In this document: piece by piece, positions 1-15,012 of the stretch | Position numbering within the stretch: the first letter of the stretch is position 1 | Layout: each line of letters begins with the position of its first letter | NCBI GenBank assembly: GCA_036630325.1 | Contig: CP142737.1 | Span: forward strand, 124,001 to 188,000 | Direction: 5' to 3' | Length of the DNA: 64,000 nt | Source of the DNA: Vairimorpha necatrix | Lineage: Eukaryota | Notes under the pieces: generated by a model | What the model was told of the DNA's origin: nothing | Databases searched by the model: none | What the model saw: only the letters and a program-made list of their open reading frames with translations | Made by a program: the position numbers and the translations under genes

Positions 1-1253
1 GCAATATTCATCAAAAAAATGTCGAATTAAATCAAAATCTATAGTTAAAACAAACTAATGATTATATACTAAGAGGACATTTATATCATAGTCGTGTATA
101 GAAAATTTAACAAAGTTTTATTTTACAATATTAATTTGATTGCTTTGTTTCTCATCAACCATTGTAGATAGCTTCATGTCCATAGACCAATTTTGTTTAT
201 TCCTCTAATTTATGTCTATCAAAAACTTAGATTAAAAGAATAATAAAAAATTATAGAACTAAATAATTATCAAAATATAACTTTGCATGTTTTTGTTATT
301 ACGAAAATAATGAGATATACAGGTTCACTAAAAATCACAAGCATAAATGCTTAAATTATAATATGAATCATAAGCAAAGTATCAATACCGGACAAAATGT
401 GCATTTTAAGTATAGGTAAAGTCATAATAACACAAATTAGTAATTTACATAATAAACATTTTGACAATTATCTAAAAATATAGTTTGTTTAGATTTGTGT
501 CCAAATTTGAAGCAAAAAGTTAGTTATATTTTATTGAGTTTTCGATTAAAGCTATTTACTATTATGCTCAGATCATTATTGTCAAACTCCTTAGCGCTTA
601 TTTAATCGATATTTAAAACATTTTGCATTTGCAATAGAAGTCATTTTTTTAATTGACTTAATTGTATTTTCTATGTTTTTACTCCGTTAAATCTCTTGAT
701 ACTAAAAGAGTCTAGATTAATGTCATGTGTATGTGATCATAATTGAAGCATTACTAAAAAAAAAATGATGACATATTTAATTTTCTATAGCATTAAAATA
801 TCAATATCTAAAATTTAAATAACATAAATATCATATGTAGAATATATATTTACGAACGAAGCTATGCATATAAGAGTTTTAGTTTATAATTTTTTTCGTT
901 GAAAAATGAACTAATCTAAAGCTTTTATATGATTTTTTAATTTTACAAATGATATATAATCTCTGCTTCAAAAATTAAAATACATTAGTCCATTAAAGTC
1001 TCCTTGCAATTTCAAACTTCAACACCAATAAGTCAATTTATACGCTTTTTTAGACTTATATAAATATATACTGTAATTTGGTTATTAACTTCTATATAAT
1101 TACTAATCGTTTTGTTGACGCTAAAAATATTAATTAATATATAATTTACTAATAAATATTGAGAAATGGCCACAGTTAAATTATACTATAAGCAGAGGGA
1201 AAATAACAAAAAAATATTAATATATAAAAAGTTGACAATCTTATGCCCATATA

Positions 1254-2213
1254 ATGCTTAAAATAATTCATATGATCGAATGCACTGGAATTTTAAATTA
1301 TTCAAATAAATTAAATTTGGTGAAGGCGAGCGATATAATGTCGTATAAAAATTATGAAAAAAAAACTAATGCCTCTGTAGATGAGAAAAAACTTCCGTTT
1401 AAAAAAAGGAAAAGATTATTAAACTCAATAGCTTTTTCTGAAAACATTTCAACGACAAATACTCTTCCTTTAAACACCGATTATATTCATAGTAATGATA
1501 ATTTAAACCAAGTCGGCCAATATAAATGTGAAAAACAAAAAATAAAGTAATATGAATTAAATCAAAAGCATAATAAATATAATAAGAATCAGATAAACAA
1601 TTTCGATTTTAATTCGGCACTAGAAATACTAAATGACATAATAGAACATTGGAGTTCGGAAGATAAAAAACAGCCATATGACGATATGATTATTATTTGC
1701 GACAGTTCAACAAGCGAATACAAAAATTATATAAAATCTAGAGACACTATCAATAGAGTTTTCTATTATTTTAGAATTAGTTTAGAGTTTCTCATATCTA
1801 CAATCAAGAGTGCTTTAAAAAGATCTTTAAAAAACGAAAGATGTACTGTTTTATTATTCAAACAATTGTTGTTTTGTGAACAATGCGTTAATTATATAGC
1901 CAAAATGACAAATGTTAAATTGAAATACAAACTTTCTAGCCAGAAATTAATATTTATCTATAATAGTATACCTATAAAATTAAAAATTTTTAATGAACAT
2001 TTGAAACTAGTTGAAAATTTTAAGATTTTTAAATTCTGGATGCAAAAGACGTGTGCTAATGTTTTAAACGAAAATGAGAAAAATGCTATAAACATAATTG
2101 ACGAAAAGTTGAAAAATTTATTTCGAAAATTAAGAAAAATAGACGAACATTGTTCAAGTATCGTGTTGAACCTTAAAACACTTAGATCCAAATTTGGAAA
2201 AAAATATGTATAA
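1254..2213 (+). pseudogene. Secreted basic-motif family member with one in-frame stop (TAA 1548-1550)
   Basis: ORFs 1254-1550 and 1686-2213 share a frame and read through cleanly (YELNQKHN...IEHWSSED) apart from one TAA. Shares C-T-x N-terminus, KKLPFKKRKR, W, CD and LNLKxLRxK motifs with 19702-20646. CCC before ATG. Confidence 0.8.
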
Positions 2214-5200
2214 ATCTTTGTTGTTTGATATAATAGACCAATCAAGACTAGCAACAACTATTTTAAAAGAAATAAAATTTTTTCGTTGTAATTGAGCTAT
2301 TTTCGTAATATGTCAAGGACAAGATTAAAAATACGACTACACATCTACCTTATGATAATTTTATATTAATTTTAGAAATAAAAGATTTTCTTTTGTTTTT
2401 TAGTTGAGTATTGATCTGAAATAATTCTTGACGTTTTTTATGGTTTAAATTGTGGTTAGGAGGTCTATAACTCGGCTGTTTAAGAATTAGTTTGTTTTTT
2501 GACCATTAGACATTGAAACTCAGCATTCGCTCGTTATTTAATTTAGATAATACTTTAAAATGACATTTTCGTGTTCCGATTACAATTGTATTTCTATTAT
2601 AAAGTCTTTGCTAATACTGCAAAAAAAAAAAATTATGCTTAAGACAATATCCATCTGGTATATAGAATTAGATTTTGTGGAATGACAAATGTTACTTTAC
2701 GACAGTAATTTATAGAAAAAAAAATTTTTATAGAGTCATTACAAATAATTTATTAGTAAATGAAAGGACTTATAGAAAATGCATCTCAAGATATACCATA
2801 GGCCAAGTAAATTCTTGTAAGTATAAAGCGACACAGTGCTTCTTAAACATGATGAAAACTATCAAAACACGTTATTACATTTATAGATAATCATAACGTC
2901 GTTATGATGCATACTTTGGATTAAAATTTCGACGTGTGATTGCTAGAGAAATATGTATCTTTAGTAGACGAAGTAGATATGGCATACATATATAAAGAAA
3001 TATCGCAATAAAAAAGATTCACAGCCGTGGAGTTTACAACCCTGGAAACATAACTTTTAATTGCATTCAAATACAAAACTCAATGATGAGTTTGATTCAA
3101 CCATCAAAGCTTAAGTTTAGTGTTACTTACATATTTTGCAGATTACGAAAAAATTGTCAATAATAAAATATTTTCGATCCTCAACGATATAAAAATACAA
3201 AATTCAAAATTGTGCAAATATACAAATATATTACAAAACATGATACGGACAAGTCTGATCATTTCAGAGGCATATCAATCAAAATTATCAGAGTCAATTA
3301 ATGGTCTACAAATAAAATCGTAAATAACGCATACATTTAAATTTTATAGTGATGATGTAAATTGAAATTGAGACTATTCAGTTTTTCTAGACAACGTTTT
3401 TTTTCTTATATTTATACAAAATTGTGATTCTTTGGGTAATTAATAACAATATTTGCTGTAAAAAAACTGTTAGTAAACGGAGAGTTGATTAATTAAGAAG
3501 AATTTTATATGAAAACAACTAAGTTTTAATAGTATCTAACACTATGGACATATTATCTTTCTGCGTTTTTTGTTTTACTATATTGGTAGGATATAGACAC
3601 AGATACTAACATAAAAAATACAATAAATAAGATATAAAGCGAGTGTCGTTTCATTGTTTGTTGAGAAATTGTCCAGAAAAATAAAAATTATATAAGAAAT
3701 TAAATAGGTTTATAGTTCATATATAAATTGAATCCTTTTCCATATTTGTATATATAATGACACATTGTAGAAACTAAAACAATGTATAAGATAGGTACAT
3801 ATATTTGAGACCCGAACTTTTGATATTTGGTTTATCAAAAAGTAAATATTTTGTTTTGATCTCGGGCAACCCTTTAATGTTTTTTACTTTTTTTTAATAC
3901 TTATACAATGTTTTTTGAAAAAAATCATACTTCTCTATGTTTCTTTTGATTTTTTATGTGACATGTGCGGCAAACAACAATTAAACCAAGAATCCAAATT
4001 TTTAAAACCAAATAAAACACTACCAGTTGATCATACTAAATTACAAGTTGTTTCAGTAATAGATAATAAACCCCCCCCCCCCCAAATAAAAAAAGAAGGG
4101 GAAGTTCTTTATAATTTATGTTTGATTAATACACATCTTATAAAAGAATTTACCGTTTAAACCCATTATCTTTTCGATTTCATAACAATTCTAATGCGTA
4201 CACTAAAATCCTTTGTTAAAATTCAAAGTAAAATACCAAGAAATTGGTACAAAATCAAAACAAAGAAAAAAATATGAAGAATAAGAAAGAATGTAAATTA
4301 TGACTAAAAAACTTTAAGCCTCATATCGAAAAAAAATTTAAAAGATAAATAAATTACGACAAAATCGAAAATAAAATTTTTAAAATGATTCAAAAAAATA
4401 TAAATCTCATATAAAAACATAAAACGCATCAAGTAGGTTAATCACAAGTTTAAGACTAAATTTTGATAATAACCATAATATTTATAAAAACATGGTTAAG
4501 GTTTTTAAACATTATAAACAAAGAAGTTTCTACATAACCAATTTCTATTCTTACAACATTGTATTTAATTTGTTAATAATATGTTGCCCAACCAACAACG
4601 TTACAAGTACGAGAGTCACATATTGATTATCGCGTAGGTAAAATATATAAGCGATTGTGAGCTTTATGTAAAAAATTCAAAACTTTTCTGTATAATTTAA
4701 AATGATCATGTTAAAGGGCATTGAATACAAATGAAGAAAATGCAATTAGACGAATATGTGCAAAATTAAGATTTTTATTTATACATTTACAAATAAACAA
4801 GTATTGCTGAGATATTGCATTATATCTTACAGTGTTGGAATAAAAAAATAATCAATGTAATTAATTATTTTGCCATTTTAATTTTTCAAACAAAAATGTA
4901 AGTTTATGTTTTGTCTGCTCGGATAATGTAAGCTAAAGCACGTGTGTCTATTGTTTACTTTGTTAGTACTGTCCGCCTCTTCTGCCTTTAATGTTTTATC
5001 CCATCAAAGTAAATTCTGACCAAAAAATTGAATAATTTTTTAAATGGAAAGATTGATATTTTAATGAAATACGTAAATAAGAAGCACAACTTTTAGAGTT
5101 TATCTCTATAAGTTGCATTACAGATGAGCTTTCATGTGTTTTTAGAAAGTTTTTGAGGTTTCATTTTAATTCAACAATAAATGTTCATTCTACTAAAATC

Positions 5201-5657
5201 GATATCTAAAATCTAACGTCTTTAATAAAATACATGATATAAATAATAAAATTATGTAAAACTACTGATATACGCAAAAATGCGACAAAGTTTTAACTTA
5301 TATTCGGTAACTTTCATTAAATATTTTATATCAAAACTGAACTGATATTTTTGGTTATGATATATTTCTGATATGACGTATTATTATTCAGAAAAGCGTT
5401 ATCAAAATGCTTAGAACATTTGGATGATATAATTTATAAAATATTTGGTATAATGTATCCCATATATAAAAAAAAGACTTTCTTAACCCACACAATATAG
5501 TAAAGAAATATACGAAAATGTCTGTGCAACGTTTTAAATGCTATTTATTAAATCTTATATATTTAAAAATTATTAATTATTTAGATATATTTTTTAAAAT
5601 TGAAATGCCACCTTTTGTGCTATTTTTTATAAATAAAAAATTATCCGCCCCTTTGAT

Positions 5658-6568
5658 ATGTTTCAATTTATTTTTTTTAGTAGTATGTAATGATATTGCA
5701 AATCAAACTAATGATTCTAATCTATTGCAAGCAAATTATTACTTGCAGTACCAACATAAAAAAATAAATATTATACGGCCATAGATGAATACAAAATACA
5801 TTGAAAATGCGGAAAAAATTGTACAATTCGTCGAATAAAAAATAGAAATCAACAGCCCAAACTAGCAATTTTATTCCAGCAAATTATTATTCCAAAGATG
5901 AGCCAAATTAAATCGATAAGCGTATAAACGAGGATCAAAAATGAAAGACAGCGGAACACAATCAGAATAAAATCAAAAAAAATTTTGATAGTTAATACTG
6001 TACAAAATTCAGTATTAGACAATCTGAAAGATAAAATTCAGAAGATAAGAAAATCGAAATTGGCGCCATAAAAATAAAATGCGATACTCCACCAAACGAA
6101 CTCAAAAAAGATTTTAAGTTTATCAATAGCATTGTTGACATATTTAAAAGTTTCGAAAGTGAAACTAGAAACAGTTAATAAAGTTATTCTCAAAGATTGT
6201 AGCGAAGAAAACCATAAGAGATTATTATATGACTAATATTTATTTCTTAAAAGTTGCTTGAAATATAAATAATATGTTACCTAATGAAAAGAGGCATTAG
6301 ACCAAGAGTAATATATTGATAAAATTATATTTTAAAATATATAATCGACTCAGAAATTTTTTTATACAAAGTTTAAGTAGTAAAAAATTTTAAAAATTTA
6401 CCATAATTTAAATAAACATATGTGAAAATTCCTTAACTAAAGATAAAAAATATATGTTTTACCAATTAAGTAAAAATTCGCGATTTTTTTCAAATTATAA
6501 TCAAATAGATCAAAGTTATCTTGAAAGGACATCAAATCAAATGTTTCATAGAAAAAAAATGAAATAAA
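5658..6568 (+). pseudogene. Decayed paralog of the same secreted family
   Basis: Fragments VVCNDIANQTNDSNLL and IKCDTPTNEL align by eye to ICTEVLIQTNESNLL and INCDTTANDF of 19702-20646. gcccc precedes ATG 5658. Many frameshifts and stops; 3' end approximate. Confidence 0.7.
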
Positions 6569-6919
6569 ATTAAATTAGGTACAAAATAGGTTTGTAATCT
6601 ATAAACACAAAAAAAAATTGTATTCTACATTTTTTTAACTAATATGCTCATTTTAGTCAGAATACAAATTAAATATTTATTTTTTCAATGGTAAGACAAG
6701 AAGAAACTCTCCATAGGAATCGTCAGTAGTTAGACTTTTTTTTGTAATACAAATTCTCTGTCATACTTTTAACAAAACTCTGACATTTTTAACTTTTTAA
6801 GGAAAAAACAATACCCCTTTGATTATTGCCTTTGGACCAAAAAAATCAGTAAATATTTTAGACTATATCGCAGGTAAAATATTTACAAGTAAAAAAATAT
6901 CTAGTGGGTTCATTGCCCG

Positions 6920-9900
6920 GAAGAGTCATCATCAGTTTTACTTATAAGACCTCTGATTTCATCTTCATGCATACATCTATTTGCCCCTAAGTTTTTTTTT
7001 CATAATTTTGAACTCTATAGCCATTTTAATCTGATCAAGTTGTTTTTTATGTACTATAATCCTTAGAATATAGTATTACACATTAATTCTACTGTCCGTT
7101 TCAATAAATTTTTTTTATTTTCAAAGTTCTTTTCTTCCGCTTCTTTACTCATCTTAGAAATTATGGCAATAAAAATATCAACATTTATCCTCCTTAAGAA
7201 TAGGGTCATCAATGATAAGTTTGAGTTGAGATATATGCCTTTTAACTTTCTTTTCCCGGCGTCTAACATGTACTTATTACCCTCTAGATATTTCTTAATT
7301 TTACCTCTTAATTTAAATCTCGATGGCCCCTTCTTATAAATTCCTTCTTCTTTCATAATTACTATATCGTCTTTATCCAATTTAATTTTTTTTGATTTTC
7401 TCATTTGGGCTGTATTATATGCAACAATATTCTTAATTTGTGCATTTTTTAATCAATCCGTATTTTCTAAATAGAAAGCTTCATTTGGAGTCATCCTCGT
7501 AGCCGAATGATAGCTATTATTGTATATCTCTATTCCTCTGTTAACCTTTTTAGTAAGTAATTTTTCCTTTTTATTTTTATAGATTAAATCTTGTATAGTA
7601 CGATTAAACCTTTCTACACGCCCATTTGACTGGTGATGGAAATGTGTGGTATAATGTAATTCTATTTTATTTGCTTTGCAATACATTTTTACCTTACTAC
7701 TGAGATTTTCTTTCGATTGATCTAAGTTCAATGTCTTCTAAAGCAAAGCTAGATTTATTTCTTTTATAAATTTAACTATATTTTCATCTTTTCTCTTATT
7801 TATCAAATTAGCAAATCTCTTTCTCGTAAAATAATCAATCCCGGTTATAATGTATTGTGTGTTTTTTAAACCTAGCATATCTATAGCAATTCTTTCTCCC
7901 TTTGCATATGAGGTGACAAATTTGTGTTGCTTAGATTTTTTAGAATTATACTCGTTGCATTTTTCACATCAATCTATAATTCTTCCAATCAAATTGTGTG
8001 AATTTTTTATAAATACCTCTCTTATATATCTCATATTTCACTACTGTATCCCACGGTAAGTAACTCATTATGAATTTCTCGGATCATCTGAAGCATTTTT
8101 TTTTCGTCTATTTTTTCATATTGATTTATCAATCCTTCGTGTAAATTCAATCTCTTATCGTTTATTGCCAACCCCGAATTCGACTTAACAATCTACATGA
8201 GGAATTTCTCGATCTCGTCTATATCTAATCAAGAATTAAACAATTACAATCTATCTAGCTATCTTTGTATTTCAGAGACTGATTCTCTTTCTATATAAAG
8301 CTTCTAACGCTTTATAATCTGTGACAATTTCAAAATGTGTACCGTATACAAAATATCGAAAGTGTTCCATTGCCCATAACATGGCTAGACATTCCTTTTC
8401 GCTAATACTATCTTTAATATCATGTTCTAATAGCCTTCTCGATGCAAATGCAATTGGTTTTTCATTTTCATCAAACTTTTGCGAGAGTATTCAAGCTATC
8501 CCTTCATTGAAGCGTCGGTCTCAGTTTAAATTCTTTTGACCAATCTGGCTGAAATAGTCCGACCGTATTGTAAAAAAATCCTTTTAACTTCTTTAAAAGA
8601 GTTCCCTTATATATTTGTCCATTTAAACTCTTTCTTATCTTTCATATATTCATACAAAGGACCACATACAATTATACAGTTTTTAATGAATTTTCTATAA
8701 TAGTTTATGGCGCCTAAAAATTTTTGAACCTGTTTTTTGTCCTTGGGTGGTTTTAATCCTCAATAGCTTGCATCTTATCTATGAACGGAATAATGATGTT
8801 GTTTTTTATTTTTTATCCAAGGAATATAACTTTGGATTGTCTAAATACAGACTTTTCCTCATTGATTTTGAGACTATTTCTAGTAAAAGTTTTCGAATTC
8901 TATTATATGATTCGTCATGCTCTTTTGCTGTTTTCCAAATATTAAAATATCATCTACGTAGCAGAAACAACTTTTACCAATTTCATCTCTCAAAACTTTA
9001 TCCATTTTTCGTTGAAAAAATTGCAGGAGCATTCTTAAACCCCCGTGGCATTACTTATCACTCATATAATTTATGTTTATATCAAAATTCCGTTTTATAT
9101 CTATCTTTGGTGCCAAAGGAATTTGAAAAAAATCCATCCTTCAAATCCAATATAGAAAATACTGTCATGTATCTTAAATTACAAAGGATTCACTCTATTC
9201 TTGGTAAAGAATAATTATCCTGTTCTGCCAACCTATTAAGTGCGATTAAATTGGTTGTAACCTTTACAGTGCCATCTGTTTTTATCGCGGAACTCAAATT
9301 ACTACCCCACGTTGATTTTGAGTTTTGTATAAATCCCTTTTCTAATAATTTATTAATTGTAATTTTGATTCTTACTTTCAATTATTTTGGTAAATTATAT
9401 ATCTTCTTATCACTTTTGAACCTTCAGGTATTTTGATTTCACATGTATAACACAGTTTCTCAACATTATTAAGTCTAATTAATGTTTCTCTTCCAAAGAG
9501 GATTTTTTTCATTTCGTACTTTTGGCAATATATAAAACTTCGATCTATATGAGTGTCATTTATATGTGTAATTTGATATGACATGTTTTTTTTTATTTCA
9601 AATGATTCTTCCAAACATGTCCAAATTTTTAATGTTATTGTGTAATTATGTTAAAAGTATAAATCTTGCTACACTAGCACTATTTATAAAATTGTAATTT
9701 GTACCTGTATTAAACAATACTGGAACCTTTTCCCCACAAGTGTAAACTGAATTTTTCTTATCTAATAAATCTCTAAGTTTTCTAGTAATTTCATTGAAAT
9801 TTCTCTTAAGATTATTACTTCGCTCTGGCTTTCGACAATTCAAGCGTAATGCCCTAAGCTATTACAGTTGTACATTTAACTGTTTTCTTGTCCTGAAGTT

Positions 9901-10480
9901 TAAAAGAATAAATTTTTTCAATCATTAATTTTGTATTTTAAATCGATGTAATTCAACTATACACTCACTTTCTAATTTCTTGATTGTCTCTAGATTTTTG
10001 TCTGTAATATCGCTTTTTGCCAATAAAAATCTTTTTACATCGCCCATTCCTGTTTTAAGTCATGCTGTAATTATATCAATGATTTTCTTTTTTGCAAGTT
10101 TATACTCTCTAGCTGAATCTCTAACTCATTCTATAAACATTAGAAGTTTCTTCATTTCGTTGTACCATACGATATAATCAACTATAGTTAACTGTTTCTT
10201 ATGAAATTCGCTTCTAGCCAACTCTTTCCATTTTTCGTAATCCAACGAACACCTCCTTTTTGTGTCCATTACTCATGGAGCCAATCTACTAAAGTAATCA
10301 GCTCTTCTAATCAAATAATCATTTTTCCTCTCATCGCACATTTCTCTGAAGAAGGTCATATTTTCTATCTTCTACATTCACTCATCAAAACTTCCTTTTT
10401 GATGGTAGTTTCAACTGGCTTTGTTATAATATTCTCCACAATTTTATTTTTAAAGTTCTTTTCTCCACTTCCTTACTTAT
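6920..10480 (-). mobile_element. Degenerate Ty3/Gypsy LTR retrotransposon (gag-PR-RT-RNaseH-IN)
   Basis: Minus-strand fragments in Gypsy order: CCHC knuckle (NCNSLGHYA, ~9840-9875), protease-like LFNTG, RT (DNYSLPRIE; YVDD ~8950), RNase H (PIAFASR, EKECLA), integrase HQSNGRVERFNRT (7453-7731). Many stops and frameshifts. No LTR pair recognised; ends approximate. Confidence 0.9.
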
Positions 10481-11723
10481 CTTAGAAATTGGAAAAAAAA
10501 TATGAAAATATCAACAATTTTAAACAACGAATTACAAAAAAGCGCATTTTCCAAGTTTTATATAGTATATAAATACTTAAAAGTACATAATCGTAGACAC
10601 TTGACCAATTTTTTCGGTCTAAACATGCATTCTAAACTAAATTATCCTCTTTCCCTTTCTATACAACAAACTGGTTTATATTCAATTATTTAGAAAAGAA
10701 TAAAATATATTTTCGCAAAAAAAAAAAACTTTTTAATTTTAACAGCACATTTTGTTTATACTATTTTTTTGCTTATAAAAGAGTCTTCAGTCTTCATAGT
10801 TTTATTTATTCTTCTCTTAATCACAATTTACCAAAAATTAAATATAGACAATAAGAATTAATTTACTTCGTAACATTGAGAATTTTGCATACGAATTTAA
10901 AGTTTTAAGCTAGATTAATTGTTTTTAAGCAAAAACATAATTAATTGCAGATGATATTTGTTTTATTAAGTTATATACATATATAAAGGGTTAAAATTCC
11001 TCGTTGATATATTTATAAATTCTACTCTTAATACTTCAATAATGCACTTTACAGCTGTTTTGTTTTTTCTGTAAGTAACTATTAGCAAGGATTTATAGTA
11101 GCTCTGTTCTCTATTCAGATTCTGTTAAATGATTCTTTTCTTGGGCCATATTCGTTAGCTGATTTTATCATATTTTACCCAATGATGATGATTTTTAAAT
11201 GCATAATCTGTTATATTAACATTTACCATAAACTTTTTATTTCACAGTATTAGTCTATTGCTGATTTACATTATTGTATAGTTTAATAAAAAACGAAATG
11301 CTTTTATGGTTATAATATGTAGATATACATGCGTGTCAGAGCAAAAATACTGTTAATAAACAAGTAACATCAAAAAATAAATATAACAGTTACGTCAATT
11401 ATTGTGTTATTCTTGGCTCTTATTACTTCATCTCGCTCTGCTATTATTTATATTATGTTCACACAAGTTAAAAAAATAGAAATATATTGTGAATTTATTG
11501 TAAGTACCCTTACGTATTGAATATTAAACACAGTAGAGGCATTTTTATTAGGCTTTTGGAATTAGAATTTATATATTTGACGCTTTACATTTAAAACCAT
11601 TTATTAATTAAAAATCGCTAAATTACAAACACATAAAATAAGTCTACTACTGCTCTCAAAACCAAATTTAACCCAACAAATTCCCAAGAGATACGATACG
11701 CAACCTACAAAACATTTTTCAAA

Positions 11724-12857
11724 TTATGTTTTCGAACCATGCATTTCTTTGATTATTTCTATTACTGAATTTATACGTGAACACAATTGATCTTTATCAT
11801 TATAAAAGTTGTCGATTTTTTCTTTTAAAATTTTTAGATCGTTAAAAACAATATTTTCGTTCTTGCTTTTGCTTTGATTTTGACTTTTTAAGAGAATATG
11901 TATTGATTCAATCAGTTCTGATATATTAATAGCACGCGTTATTGTTTCTATTTTCCATATGTCTGAAGACAAAGTGTATAGCAACTGTATAGACTTTGTA
12001 TTTATGCATAAAAATGTCTGATTAGGCATCATAAATCTGAAGATATCAATAACTAAACTAAAGGAATCAATAATTACTTTGTCCACAGAAGAAGTCATTT
12101 GCATGATTTTATTTTTAATTCTTATAGCGTATCTAAAAATACCATTTCTAAAAATATAGTTTTTTCGTCTTAAATATAACCTAGATGTAAAGAGTTGTTC
12201 TTTATATTTTTTTTTTATTTGGTCTATACATATATATTTATTTGGCTCATGAAATATGATAAGTTCGGCTTGTTCTTTTATATTTTTAAAATTATCACTC
12301 ATTTCTTTATATTTCGAATAAAGTAAAGAATTTCCATTTATTTCGTTAATACAATTTTTTGTATTATCGTCTTTATTTTGACGTATATATTCGTAAATAT
12401 TGCCACTGGGATTTTCCAAACTACTAATACCTAAAAACTCCCCTAGATTGTATTTCGGATTATGCTCATTTTGCTTAGAAATTTCTGCTCTTGCTTTAAA
12501 ATTAGTGTTGTAAGGCATCATTGTTCCCTCTTTTTTTAGATTTACATCTATGTTCACCTTTTTTTCGTAATTTTTAAAATGACCGAATTTGCTTTGAATG
12601 TGTTGTTTAGTAACTTCTTTATTTTCTTGGGAAATTTGGTTGTCTAATGATAGGCTTTTATAACTTGCATAAAATTCCATTATGTCCTCAACATCTTCAT
12701 ACTCTATAATTTCATTGTTTCCTTCGGCCAGAATCGACTCAATATCAAAAACTTCGTCTAAATTTGCTTGATTTTCAATTGGAGATGACTTTAAAATTCC
12801 ATTATTATTATTATCTATGTAGTTCGAACATATATATATTGAAATGAATATAAACAT
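11724..12857 (-). CDS. Hypothetical, probably secreted protein (377 aa)
   Basis: Long ORF with gcccct before the ATG and a short hydrophobic N-terminus (MFIFISIYICS). No recognisable domain. Confidence 0.7.
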   Translation of the reverse strand: MFIFISIYICSNYIDNNNNGILKSSPIENQANLDEVFDIESILAEGNNEIIEYEDVEDIMEFYASYKSLSLDNQISQENKEVTKQHIQSKFGHFKNYEKKVNIDVNLKKEGTMMPYNTNFKARAEISKQNEHNPKYNLGEFLGISSLENPSGNIYEYIRQNKDDNTKNCINEINGNSLLYSKYKEMSDNFKNIKEQAELIIFHEPNKYICIDQIKKKYKEQLFTSRLYLRRKNYIFRNGIFRYAIRIKNKIMQMTSSVDKVIIDSFSLVIDIFRFMMPNQTFLCINTKSIQLLYTLSSDIWKIETITRAINISELIESIHILLKSQNQSKSKNENIVFNDLKILKEKIDNFYNDKDQLCSRINSVIEIIKEMHGSKT

Positions 12858-14957
12858 AGGGGCATAAAAAACTTCTATGGCTACAAAAAAAATTTAAAAA
12901 GCAATTGTTGAGTCTAAAACAAGGTTTTGAATAATCTTGTTTGATATATAATTTGCAAAAATCTATTCATCAATATTTACTTAACCATAACAAGTAGCAT
13001 TTGATGTATATAAGTGTTTTGATAAAATTAAATTATAAATTGTGATAAAAAAGATGTACTTTTTATGTTTTATTAAAATCACATCAATAAATAATAATTT
13101 ATTAATGAAATAACGTAATGAACCCCCATTTTTAGTAGTAGCAAAAATTATAATATACGGATGCTGAAAGATACAAGGTGTTTCTTTTCTCATAATTGTA
13201 GTTTCAACCTTTAATTTCTTTTGTCTTTCATACGAGACTAAATGTTGTATAATGACTTCAACCCTATTATAGATATATAATTTATTTTGTATGCGTCATA
13301 CAATATTCATGCATTCCCCCAAGTCGACGCAAAAAAATATCATGTTATTATTTATACCTTTAAGTGGCGCATTAATATGATATTAATGTGTCTAAACCAG
13401 AATTCAAATTCTTTGCCTTTTATAAATCGTAGGTTCTGTCTATATTTTTTCACATCAAAGCTATTACCCTTGAAAATCCTTTTATATAATCTCCGAACTT
13501 ATGAATTTTTAGAACAATATATATCATATATTACACGCTTGTTAAAAGTCTAAGAATATTTTCCAGCTGAACTGCCCAATTTAGGTCCTATACTAAAATT
13601 TTTGGATCTAAAACCGTATGGAGAAAAGTCCCCAACGTAAAAATAGACTTTAAAAAAAAGCTCTTAAAAGGAGACATAAAAATGAATAAATTTACTGTAA
13701 ATTATCATCCGTAAAGTTTATAAGACGCGTATTTCTTCAAGAAGTTTCTAACATTCATGTATTGAAATTCTATATTATAAATCTTATTTTAATTTCTTGT
13801 ATTTGTTAAAAGATTGTTTTTCTTTCTTTTGTTATTATGTTTATATATTCAAACAATTTCAAATTCCTAACCACATTAAAAGCTCAGTTAAACTTTGATG
13901 TAGTAATTTAAATTTTCTTTTATGTTAGAATTTAAATCATTCACTCAATTATTTGTAAATAGTATGTACAGTACTATCTTTCTTTTATATAATTATGTCA
14001 AAAGGGTTGGATTAACTAATTGTTCACTAATGGTAATGAAGTTTTTTTAAGTATAAATACTATAACCACGACATAAAACTTAATTAATTGTTTGGAAATA
14101 ATATTAATACTTTCTTTGCTAAAGAATATTACTCATAGCATACATTTATGTAGAAACTAAAAAAGGAACATCCTTGTATAGTTTAGAAAATCAAAAAGAT
14201 TTAAATTATTTTAAATCTGCCTGTGAATAATGAAATACAATAAAAAATAATTTTTGTGTTTGGTTAGACACTATGTAATGTTTTGTGTTTAGTCAACTCG
14301 AAAGTTAATCAAAATTATTATTTAATAATATTGCAAAGTTATAAGAAATTTTAAAATCTTCTACATATGCTTCAAATTTTATCTTTGCTGGAAGAGTAAG
14401 GGCAAAAGAGCAAAAATATGCTACATCATAAAAATGACCACTAAATCCCCCAAAAGGCTAAAGGGCAAGTAAAATGTTCCATTAATTGTAAATACCTTTA
14501 TATTCGAGTCGTTTTTTACTTTTATCAGATCAGCATGCTGTTATTTTTTCTTTAACACTTAAAAAATTTCATAGTGTATAAATCCAAGTTCAGATCTTGT
14601 CATTAATAACTTATTTCAATGTCACGATTATTAGAATAGCTAAAACTTTGATTCACTTCATGTAAAAAAAATTTTATTTTCTTTTCATGTTATGTATACT
14701 TGAATGTAATTGTAATTCTGAGTCATCGAGCAGCAATGTTGTTGCAAATACAATTTCATTTTGTGTTTTTCTGCTTGTAAGGGCATCTCTATAAAAATCT
14801 TTATACACAAATAGCATTTAAATTGGAAAGTACATAGTTTTTTATAATTATGTTTTTAATAAGTCGATATTTCAATTGATAAAATATTTTTGCTTATACT
14901 ACAATTTAATCTTAAAGTAACAAGATTATTTTTAAATAAGCCGGGCGTTTTTGTGGC

Positions 14958-15012
14958 TGTTGAGAATATAGATTTAATAAATTTAACCCTTAACTTACAA
15001 TTGTCTTTAACA
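14958..15012 (+). repeat. 5' LTR of TRIM (55 bp)
   Basis: tgttgagaatatagatttaataaatttaacccttaacttacaattgtctttaaca, identical to 15652-15706. Confidence 0.95.

Noticed and set aside
2675..4560. Possible eroded gene remnants (also ~16100-16700)
   Set aside because: Only faint resemblance to 11724-12857; too degraded to support a call
6885..6945. Hammerhead-like CTGATGA...GAA on the minus strand flanked by AAGTAAAA/TTTTACTT
   Set aside because: GAAA core and stems II/III are non-canonical, and the sequence reads as codons KTDDDSSGQ* at the end of the Gypsy coding region
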